Below are positions 48,474 to 55,249 of a stretch of 64,000 bases of DNA, in pieces. Made by a program: the position numbers and the translations under genes. Below the pieces are notes generated by a model. The model saw nothing but the letters and a program-made list of their open reading frames with translations, searched no databases and was not told where the DNA came from. Numbering within the stretch: the stretch's first letter is position 1; the number at the start of each line of letters is the position of its first letter. This stretch comes from a virus: positions 7,938-71,937 of the IMG/VR virus record IMGVR_UViG_3300027861_004304. The stretch is one strand, 5' to 3'.

Positions 48474-49802
48474 TTATAATATTTCTGCTGCCAAAGTGGC
48501 TATTTTAGATCTTTCACCCTTTTTCAAGGTGATGTGACCCGTTAGCGACGTGGCTTTAAATTTTTCGACGGCATGAACCAAACCACTTGATGTCTCATCT
48601 ACATAAACATTGTCAATTTGCTCAATATCCCCAGTCAATACGAGCTTGGTGCCCTCACCAACTCTGGTCATAATTGTCTTAATTTCATGCATAGAGAGGT
48701 TCTGGGCCTCATCAATCACGATAAAGGCGTTTGAAATGGATCGACCACGGATATAAGTCAGAGCTTCAAGTTCTATGACCCCCTGAGACATATAATCCTC
48801 TAAGGTGACCTTGTCATTCCCCATAATATATTGCAAGTTATCCTGAATTGGCATCAACCAAGGGCGCATTTTGTCTTCCATAGAGCCCGGCAAGAAGCCA
48901 ATGTCTTTCCCCATTGGTTGAACTGGTCTTGAGACAACAAGCTTTTTAAAAAGTGGAGAATTATTTGCAAAGGGGTCTCTTAAAACTTGAGAGATTCCTG
49001 CTGCGATTGCAAGCAAGGTCTTTCCACTTCCTGCTTTACCGACAAGGCTGACAAACGGAATATTTGGATCCAGCAACAAATCCAAAGCGAAAGCTTGTTC
49101 TTTATTCCTTGGGCTGACGCCCCATAGGCCCTTTTTGCCGATATCATAAAGCTTTCTAAGGGGGTCATTATTCGAGATATATCTTGCCAATGCAGTCTTT
49201 TTTTCCGTAGACGAAGATACAAGCATTATAAATTGATTTGGATATAGAGACGATGTTTTTTCCAAATATACTTCTTTTCCATCGTAAAATTGATCAATGA
49301 TTTGGTCGTCAACAAGGATTGTCGTGAAGCCATCGTAGAGGCTCGTGTGGTTTTCAATAACTTTATCGAGGTTATATCCTTCTGATATTATTCCCACAGA
49401 ATCGCAGATAACTCGCATGTTTATATCTCGCGAGACCAAAATCGTTTTTCTGCCAGAATTTTCGTGATGTTCAGACAAAGCTGTTGAGATGATCAAATGA
49501 TCGGCAATTAGCGGATCTAAATCTTCTGGAAGCAATGTTGCGTCACCGGAAGCGACCTTAAGAATTCCTTTTCCCTTCCCTATCCGAACTCCTTTTTGGA
49601 GACTGCCTTTTAAACGAAGAGAATCAAAAGATCTAATGATGCTTCTTGCGTTTGCACCAACAGAATCTTGTCTTTTTTTGTGTTGGTCAATCTCTTCTAA
49701 GACTTTTAAGGGAATTACAATATCATTATTTTGATATTTATTCAAGCAAGATGCGTCAGTTAAGCAGACGCTTGTGTCTAGAACATATGTTTTTTTAGCC
49801 AT
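48474..49802 (-). CDS. phoH: PIN-PhoH (PhoH2/YlaK-type) ATPase/RNase
   Basis: PIN: YVLDTSV, VLEEID, DHLII, SRDINMR; PhoH: GKAGSGKT, IGFLPG, YIRGRS, IDEAQN, TGDIEQID. Confidence 0.95.
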   Translation of the reverse strand: MAKKTYVLDTSVCLTDASCLNKYQNNDIVIPLKVLEEIDQHKKRQDSVGANARSIIRSFDSLRLKGSLQKGVRIGKGKGILKVASGDATLLPEDLDPLIADHLIISTALSEHHENSGRKTILVSRDINMRVICDSVGIISEGYNLDKVIENHTSLYDGFTTILVDDQIIDQFYDGKEVYLEKTSSLYPNQFIMLVSSSTEKKTALARYISNNDPLRKLYDIGKKGLWGVSPRNKEQAFALDLLLDPNIPFVSLVGKAGSGKTLLAIAAGISQVLRDPFANNSPLFKKLVVSRPVQPMGKDIGFLPGSMEDKMRPWLMPIQDNLQYIMGNDKVTLEDYMSQGVIELEALTYIRGRSISNAFIVIDEAQNLSMHEIKTIMTRVGEGTKLVLTGDIEQIDNVYVDETSSGLVHAVEKFKATSLTGHITLKKGERSKIATLAAEIL

Positions 49803-49822
49803 TTATAACCACTTTATATCCT

Positions 49823-49830
49823 TAATTAGT
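49823..49830 (-). promoter_or_regulatory. Candidate late promoter ACTAATTA upstream of phoH
   Basis: Recurrent motif 20 nt upstream of the start; a TATAAATA lies just upstream (49832-49839). Confidence 0.5.
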
Positions 49831-49838
49831 TTATTTAT

Positions 49839-49866
49839 AAAAAGAAAGCCACCAAATTGGTGACTT
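49839..49866 (-). terminator. Intrinsic terminator
   Basis: AAGTCACC/GGTGGCTT stem followed by TCTTTTT, just after the 49872 stop. Confidence 0.65.
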
Positions 49867-49871
49867 AATGT

Positions 49872-50117
49872 TTAAATATAATTTTTATTAATCCAAACGA
49901 TTGTTTGGGCTCCGTCGTGAGAAACAAGAGTCTCTACACTATTTGCCCGAGTTACAACTGCAATTAGATTTTCATCAGCACATTTCCAGTTCTTTTTTAT
50001 TTCAACGTCCTCGTCTGTGGCGAAACAGGTACAGCCGTGAAAATCTATAACTGGATAGATCTTGTCGTTTTTCCCCTTTTCAGAAACAAAGCATGGAGTC
50101 CCAGCCTTGATCTTCAC
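49872..50117 (-). CDS. Hypothetical protein
   Basis: 81 aa, abuts the upstream gene. Confidence 0.55.
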   Translation of the reverse strand: MKIKAGTPCFVSEKGKNDKIYPVIDFHGCTCFATDEDVEIKKNWKCADENLIAVVTRANSVETLVSHDGAQTIVWINKNYI

Positions 50118-50303
50118 TTAAAATCCCAGCAATTGCCAAGTATTCGTCAATAAATATTGAACAAAGGCAATAGCATACAATGCCAACCACACTCCAACAC
50201 CGAGACAGATTATATAATAAGCCACGGACAAACCGGTTCGGACAGGATCCTTGATAGATCTAATCGCAACTTCTTTAGTTTTTTCTAGCATTTTACTCTC
50301 CAT
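50118..50303 (-). CDS. Small membrane protein
   Basis: 61 aa with a long hydrophobic segment. Confidence 0.55.
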   Translation of the reverse strand: MESKMLEKTKEVAIRSIKDPVRTGLSVAYYIICLGVGVWLALYAIAFVQYLLTNTWQLLGF

Positions 50304-50313
50304 TCTAAAAATC

Positions 50314-50565
50314 TCACCTATTTCTTAACAGTACTCCAAAATACTCTTCGACCGCTTCCTCAATTATGGATGCGCAGGGCCTCTTTTGACCCCTCTTTTT
50401 ATGATATTCAACTACAAATTCGTGCGGTATGACGTACATCAATCCGTAAGGGGCCTCCATCATCCCAGGTGCCATTGAGCAGCGCCCGACACCGTTCTGG
50501 CCGGGTTCTATTATCTCGTCGCCCTCAATTATACTCTCTTTTACTACATATAAGAACCAGTTCAT
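50314..50565 (-). CDS. Hypothetical protein
   Basis: 83 aa ORF in operon context. Confidence 0.55.
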   Translation of the reverse strand: MNWFLYVVKESIIEGDEIIEPGQNGVGRCSMAPGMMEAPYGLMYVIPHEFVVEYHKKRGQKRPCASIIEEAVEEYFGVLLRNR

Positions 50566-50573
50566 ATCAATAA

Positions 50574-50738
50574 CTATGTTTCTAAATTATCATTTCTTAT
50601 TTTTTCTCGTAAAATTCCATAATATAAAAAATTAGAAAAAACGAAACCTGACACCAAAGACCAATATCCAATATGAAAAGGCATTTTGACTGCTTTTTTG
50701 AGGGCACCGATTCTTCTTTTTTTAGAAAAACATCGCAC
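50574..50738 (-). CDS. Small putative membrane protein (GTG start at 50738)
   Basis: Non-overlapping part of ORF 50574..50819; one hydrophobic helix. Confidence 0.4.
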   Translation of the reverse strand: MRCFSKKRRIGALKKAVKMPFHIGYWSLVSGFVFSNFLYYGILREKIRNDNLET

Positions 50739-50740
50739 GA

Positions 50741-51175
50741 TTAACCCACAGTATGTCCATCGTGGGTTGCCTCTACCAGTTCGGATGACGACTGGATTTT
50801 CTGTCCTCCGATATTCCACAGCATTTTAATTCCAAGCTCTTCACAAACTGTTTTTTCTGGTGTATTTGTTGAAGTTCTGTCTCCACCGTTGGCGAAGTAA
50901 GTCGGCGTTAAGTGCCTAAGTGCAGAGCATACGGTGCCATCTTTATCATCTACGGGAATAACCTCTATGACTCCCTTGATCGCCATGAGGATCTCTTTTC
51001 TTTCGTTGAACCCCATGAAATTATAGCCCTTCTTTCGAAACAGCCAATCATCTGAGTTGGCGACAACAATAACATATCCATGTTCTGCTGCTTCACGAAT
51101 CATTCGGATGTGTCCGACGTGAATCGGATCAAACCCTCCAGATACCATGACTGTTTTATATTCTCCCTTTTTCAT
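50741..51175 (-). CDS. HIGH-family cytidylyl/adenylyltransferase (TagD/RfaE-like)
   Basis: VSGGFDPIHVGH, NSDDWL, ER, FANGGDR, KIQSSS. Confidence 0.9.
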   Translation of the reverse strand: MKKGEYKTVMVSGGFDPIHVGHIRMIREAAEHGYVIVVANSDDWLFRKKGYNFMGFNERKEILMAIKGVIEVIPVDDKDGTVCSALRHLTPTYFANGGDRTSTNTPEKTVCEELGIKMLWNIGGQKIQSSSELVEATHDGHTVG

Positions 51176-51338
51176 TCCTCTTCTCCTCCAAACATTCTGT
51201 AATGCTTAAAATTTCCTCTAAATCTGGATTACCATACGCTAGCGACATTATCACCCAAGATAATGTCGCAGCGATGGCCGAGCCAACTATGATTCCCGCC
51301 CCAAAGACAAAGTAAGATTTTATTATTCTTTTTATCAT
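51156..51338 (-). CDS. Small membrane protein
   Basis: 60 aa with one TM helix; starts 5 nt after the tRNA CCA. Confidence 0.55.
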   Translation of the reverse strand: MIKRIIKSYFVFGAGIIVGSAIAATLSWVIMSLAYGNPDLEEILSITECLEEKRNEKGRI

Positions 51339-51343
51339 CTAAA

Positions 51344-51419
51344 TGGTGCCTCCGACACGATTCGAACGTGTAACCCTCGGCTTAGAAGGCCGATGCTCTA
51401 TCCGTTGAGCTACGGAGGC
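51344..51419 (-). tRNA. tRNA-Arg(UCU), CCA encoded
   Basis: Acceptor GCCTCCG/CGGAGGC, D arm GCTC/GAGC, anticodon arm TCGGC-CTTCTAA-GCCGA, T arm ACACG-TTCGAAT-CGTGT, ACCA end. Confidence 0.97.
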
Positions 51420-51884
51420 TCAATCTGTAATCTCCAGCGACCCCAATGGGTGATCAACTTGAATATTCCAACCGGCCAATTCAAAATCCGCCATTTCAGA
51501 AACGACACCAACTGTTGTTTCCAGAAATGTAGAAACTGTTGTGAAACCCCTCTTGTGGTCGTATTTTTCTGTTGAAGTTTCAATCCAGTCGTATTCTTGC
51601 CAGTTTTTAGCAACTACTTCCGAAACAAAATCTTCGAAGCCGTCACTTCCTCGTTCATAATCATCCAAGAGGCCGTTCGCCCTCATTTCTTGAAGGACGT
51701 GGTTATTCCCGAGAGATGGATTAATCGCCATTTCACTTAGATGATTTGCGATGCAGGTACCCCCAACGGCGTATGATTCATAATCATCGTGACAATGCAC
51801 TACGTCTAGACCATCCTCATATTTGAGCATAACCCTAGTATTCGTAGCTAGATTCGCGTCTTTTAGTTTTTGAATTTTTGACAT
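51420..51884 (-). CDS. Hypothetical protein
   Basis: 154 aa; its stop directly abuts the tRNA 5' end. Confidence 0.7.
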   Translation of the reverse strand: MSKIQKLKDANLATNTRVMLKYEDGLDVVHCHDDYESYAVGGTCIANHLSEMAINPSLGNNHVLQEMRANGLLDDYERGSDGFEDFVSEVVAKNWQEYDWIETSTEKYDHKRGFTTVSTFLETTVGVVSEMADFELAGWNIQVDHPLGSLEITD

Positions 51885-52098
51885 TTTTTTCCTTTTTTGT
51901 TCTAGTTTTTTGGTTGTCGGCTACTGCCTGTTTCATAAGTCTAATTCGCTCTTTAACAGCGCCCAGGTCTTTTCCAAGGCGCTCGTCGAGAACTTTTAAT
52001 TGTTGATCGGGCGTAAGTTTCCCCCTCTCAGTTTGTCGTTCCAAAGCTTCCTCCATCCGGATTTCCCTTGGTGTTGCGGTTCCATTTGGACATCTCAT
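51835..52098 (-). CDS. Basic hypothetical protein (start MRCPNG at 52098)
   Basis: AGGAG RBS before 52098 and a promoter upstream. Confidence 0.6.
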   Translation of the reverse strand: MRCPNGTATPREIRMEEALERQTERGKLTPDQQLKVLDERLGKDLGAVKERIRLMKQAVADNQKTRTKKEKNVKNSKTKRRESSYEY

Positions 52099-52122
52099 AT
52101 AATCTCCTTTGACTATATATAT

Positions 52123-52151
52123 AATATACCACGATATCAACCTGTTGTCAA
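52123..52151 (-). promoter_or_regulatory. Sigma70-type promoter TTGACA-N17-TATATT with extended -10 TG
   Basis: Read directly. Confidence 0.7.
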
Positions 52152-52586
52152 GTCTTTTTTATAATAAGTTCCAAAAACTTTGTCAATAAACGGCATTGTT
52201 CCTGAAAAGTTGTGTTTTATGGACTTTCTGTGGTGGGTATAATGGTGACTCGAGCATTTTCCAGTCTTATCATCGTTGTGCATTTTGTGATGTAACCATT
52301 CGTAATAAAAGGCGTAACAAATATATCCGACTGCAAAAGAAACTGAAAATAGGGATATCAGCAAGAATGCCAGAATAAACGAGATCTTTGCCCAGAGTGG
52401 TAAGAGCAGGTGATCATTTCTTTTTTCATTGTAATCGTTTCTGTGGTGGATCAGGTGGAGTCTTTTTATGTTGCGAAGGAGAGGTAGTTTTCCAAGGGGA
52501 CCGTGTCCCACAAATCTATGATTCAAATAAAACATCAAAGAAGTAAAAAAAAATCCAATAATCCCCAAACCTATCTCAAAAAGCAC
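52137..52586 (-). CDS. Fatty-acid hydroxylase / sterol desaturase superfamily membrane enzyme
   Basis: His boxes HRFVGH, HLIHH, YEWLHH, HHYTHH; NFS...DKVFGT; TM helices. Confidence 0.85.
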   Translation of the reverse strand: MLFEIGLGIIGFFFTSLMFYLNHRFVGHGPLGKLPLLRNIKRLHLIHHRNDYNEKRNDHLLLPLWAKISFILAFLLISLFSVSFAVGYICYAFYYEWLHHKMHNDDKTGKCSSHHYTHHRKSIKHNFSGTMPFIDKVFGTYYKKDLTTG

Positions 52587-52616
52587 CGTTAACCTCGTCT
52601 ACCTATAACTATAATA

Positions 52617-53285
52617 TTATTTTTCTTTTTTCAAGAAATTTCTCAATCTTACGACACCATTGTTAATCTCGACGTAAGTTGCGTGAGAAACCCAGTCTCC
52701 AGAATTGACATATGTTTTTATTTTTTCGTTCTCGTCAATCCAAATAACTGCTTCTGGGATATGCGTATGCCCTATTATAAGGACGTCAACATCATTATTT
52801 AAATCAATGATATCCCACAATCTTTTGATTTTTCTTCTGTTTATTCTGAGATTGTTGAACCAAGTAGAAACATCTAGATTAAAATATCTTTCTAAAAAAT
52901 CTTGAAACACTGAAATTATTTTCATTACAGTTCGATAATGGACAATTCCTTTCTCATATTTATCTCCGTGTTCTACTCTAAATTTCCTTCCGTTCTCTTC
53001 AAATTCATATTGGTTCATGAATCTGATTCCAAATATTTCTTTTCCTGCGAAGTTTGCCAAGGCTCGATCGTGATTCCCGATAATATAAATGATTTCTTTA
53101 TTGTAGTCGACAATCTTTAAAACGTTCATTGCCCATTTGGTGAACGTTGGTATTTTTAAAAATTCAATTATGTCGCCATTTAAGATAAGTTGATCATATT
53201 TCGCAGACGATAAAAATTCACAAAGCTCTTCTTCTTTATAAAATTTTGATCCTATATGCGTATCGGAAATGATCAGCCTTTTCAA
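52617..53285 (-). CDS. Calcineurin-like metallophosphoesterase (LpxH/UDP-2,3-diacylglucosamine hydrolase-like)
   Basis: ISDTHIG, LNGDIIE, GNHD, EHGD, GHTH, NSGDWV. Confidence 0.85.
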   Translation of the reverse strand: MKRLIISDTHIGSKFYKEEELCEFLSSAKYDQLILNGDIIEFLKIPTFTKWAMNVLKIVDYNKEIIYIIGNHDRALANFAGKEIFGIRFMNQYEFEENGRKFRVEHGDKYEKGIVHYRTVMKIISVFQDFLERYFNLDVSTWFNNLRINRRKIKRLWDIIDLNNDVDVLIIGHTHIPEAVIWIDENEKIKTYVNSGDWVSHATYVEINNGVVRLRNFLKKEK

Positions 53286-53551
53286 TATATTAAATCCTCC
53301 AAATCAGGATCTTCCTCATAACTATAAATAACAATTGTCCTCATTTCATTATAATTTGGCGGAAGGTCTTCACGCAACATCTTCGCGCTATCTTCCCCAT
53401 CGACAAAAAATTCTATAAGGCGCCCTCCGTCATCACTTGAAACTTTTATTTTTAGATTTGCTGATTTAGGTAATCGGGGCGTATATTCCGAATATGCTAA
53501 ATCAACAATTTCTTTTAGCGTCAAGGCGACCAACATGTCCTTGTGTAACAC
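53282..53551 (-). CDS. Hypothetical protein
   Basis: 89 aa, GTG start. Confidence 0.55.
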   Translation of the reverse strand: MLHKDMLVALTLKEIVDLAYSEYTPRLPKSANLKIKVSSDDGGRLIEFFVDGEDSAKMLREDLPPNYNEMRTIVIYSYEEDPDLEDLIY

Positions 53552-53581
53552 AAATACTCTCTCATTTTTTTATTTTTTTTT

Positions 53582-53735
53582 AAAAAAGGAAACAGAAGAT
53601 GTTGGTTTACTCGCATGGCCAACATGCTATCCTCTCGTTAATTTTGGTGCTTAAGAAGCTTCCCCCTCATCCACGGTTCGTAAGAGATATTGAACCACCT
53701 ATGTTAATAAAATAAATCCTTCTTCTATTTCCTAT
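53582..53735 (-). ncRNA. Candidate structured ncRNA (~150 nt, 6S-like architecture)
   Basis: Own promoter; 13-bp 5'/3' closing helix AGGAAAUAGAAGA/UCUUCUGUUUCCU followed by a U-tract; further internal helices; no ORF. Confidence 0.65.
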
Positions 53736-53741
53736 GTCTTA

Positions 53742-53771
53742 ATTATAACACTTATTTAGGCTCTTTGTCAA
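53742..53771 (-). promoter_or_regulatory. Sigma70-type promoter TTGACA-N18-TATAAT with extended -10 TG
   Basis: Predicted +1 (~53735-53733) coincides with the start of the ncRNA closing helix. Confidence 0.75.
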
Positions 53772-54120
53772 CAAAATAATCATCCAAACCAAACTTTTTT
53801 CTCAAAATATGAAAGGATTGCTCCTTCAAACCAAGAAAACGCATTGCTTCCGCCTGTGTTCTTGTGGCAGAGAATGCGTATTTGAAGACAGCGTCTTGTA
53901 CAATGGCATGCAGGGAACTCCAAATGGGAAATCCATACATTCGATTTGAGACAGGCTTCGTTGACAGTTCCAATTTCAAGGCTATTACTTCTTCCAAGGT
54001 TAGACTGGAAAGCATAATTTCAAACTCTTCGTTAGACCGTCGTTCTTTTTTGAGTTTGCTGCTCATACTATAATTTTTATTTTTTCCATTATAGTTTTTC
54101 TTTCTCTTCCAGGAAATCAT
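53752..54120 (-). CDS. Putative DNA-binding protein with a Fis-like C-terminal HTH
   Basis: AVFKYAFSATRTQAEAMRFLGLKEQSFHILRKKFGL resembles the Fis HTH. Confidence 0.55.
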   Translation of the reverse strand: MISWKRKKNYNGKNKNYSMSSKLKKERRSNEEFEIMLSSLTLEEVIALKLELSTKPVSNRMYGFPIWSSLHAIVQDAVFKYAFSATRTQAEAMRFLGLKEQSFHILRKKFGLDDYFVDKEPK

Positions 54121-54128
54121 GTTAACCC

Positions 54129-54240
54129 GTGTTAGTGCGATTAGTGTGTTTAGTATGATTATATATTAGAGTGTTAAGAGTGAATAGAGTGAATAGCTTG
54201 TTTAGAGTGTTTAGAGTGATTAGAGTGAATAGCTTGATTG
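54129..54240. repeat. Tandem degenerate 9-bp repeat array, unit TAWWCA(CT/AG)C on the minus strand
   Basis: Eight in-phase units caatcaagc-tattcactc-taatcactc-taaacactc-taaacaagc-tattcactc-tattcactc-ttaacactc plus about three degenerate units. Confidence 0.9.
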
Positions 54241-54248
54241 GTATTTAT

Positions 54249-54277
54249 AATATAACAGAGTTTTAGAATCTTGTCAA
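54249..54277 (-). promoter_or_regulatory. Sigma70-type promoter TTGACA-N17-TATATT with extended -10 TG
   Basis: Directs transcription through the repeat array into the HTH gene. Confidence 0.7.
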
Positions 54278-54295
54278 GGAAAAAGATGTAATTTT

Positions 54296-55213
54296 TTATA
54301 ACTCTAAATCAAGTTCTTCTTCATTTTCAAAGTCGACGTCGCCTGGTGAAGCTATAGTGACATCTGTAATTGGATTTTCATTAAAATATTCATTATTATA
54401 TCTTCCCGCCCACGACAAAACATTTACTTTATAAAATATTTTAAATAAATCTCGTTCTGTTAACGAGCCGGCTGGATATACTATATCTTTTCTTTCAGAT
54501 TCTGGAATAAATACGTTGTTTGTCGTATCAAGTACAATATCGTCTTCAATTGAGTTATCCTTAAATAATTGGTAATAGTCAATTAAAGCGGCGCCAATTG
54601 GTGCGTATGCCCTTTCAGAATAATTTTTTAATTCTTGGTTTTCATCTTCAATTTCATCTTCAATTTCTATTCCTTCACCGCTTTCTCCGAGAGTAAACTC
54701 CTCTTCATCGTCCTCGATGACTGGAGCGGTGTCCGCTGCTAGATCCCCACCAGGAATATCTCCTACTGAAACTGTTATGGTATCGTCCTCGGGTTCTTCA
54801 ATTTCTATTTCACTCTCTTCTTCCTTCTTTTTAGGACCTTTTTTAATGTCTTCTATATCTTCTCCAGCATCTATTGCATTCATGGTTTCCTTTGAAAAAT
54901 CTAAAATAAATTCTACAAATGTTTCGCGATCAGCAGAATTTGAGACTAAATCAATGAAAGATTCCTTGAAAGCAAATTTACCGTCACTTCTTTTTGGATC
55001 AGTAGAGCCATAAACACTCGACATCATATGGCCCAGTTGGTTGAGGGAATCATATTGATATCTGGGTGTAGTGGCTTCTTCTTTGATAAGATGGCGAACA
55101 ATTGTGCGAACATAATTTTCGTCTTTATTGTGCCTATTTTTTACAATTTTAATTGCTTTGCGAATGTTTTCTCTGAGAAGTTGCTCTTCCAGCATGTTTT
55201 GTCTATCAATCAT
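54296..55213 (-). CDS. Highly acidic hypothetical protein (possible scaffold/internal head protein)
   Basis: 305 aa, E/D-rich; N-terminal EQLLRENIRKAI...HLIKE. Confidence 0.55.
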   Translation of the reverse strand: MIDRQNMLEEQLLRENIRKAIKIVKNRHNKDENYVRTIVRHLIKEEATTPRYQYDSLNQLGHMMSSVYGSTDPKRSDGKFAFKESFIDLVSNSADRETFVEFILDFSKETMNAIDAGEDIEDIKKGPKKKEEESEIEIEEPEDDTITVSVGDIPGGDLAADTAPVIEDDEEEFTLGESGEGIEIEDEIEDENQELKNYSERAYAPIGAALIDYYQLFKDNSIEDDIVLDTTNNVFIPESERKDIVYPAGSLTERDLFKIFYKVNVLSWAGRYNNEYFNENPITDVTIASPGDVDFENEEELDLEL

Positions 55214-55237
55214 TGAAATAAGACTCCAGTTTGCTTA

Positions 55238-55245
55238 TAATTAGT
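55238..55245 (-). promoter_or_regulatory. Candidate late promoter ACTAATTA
   Basis: Recurrent motif 24 nt upstream of the 55213 start. Confidence 0.55.
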
Positions 55246-55249
55246 TTGG

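Noticed and set aside
54129-54240. Repeat array as a CRISPR array or coding repeat
   Set aside because: Units are 9 bp with no spacers; the one open minus-strand frame has an in-frame stop just upstream and no usable start
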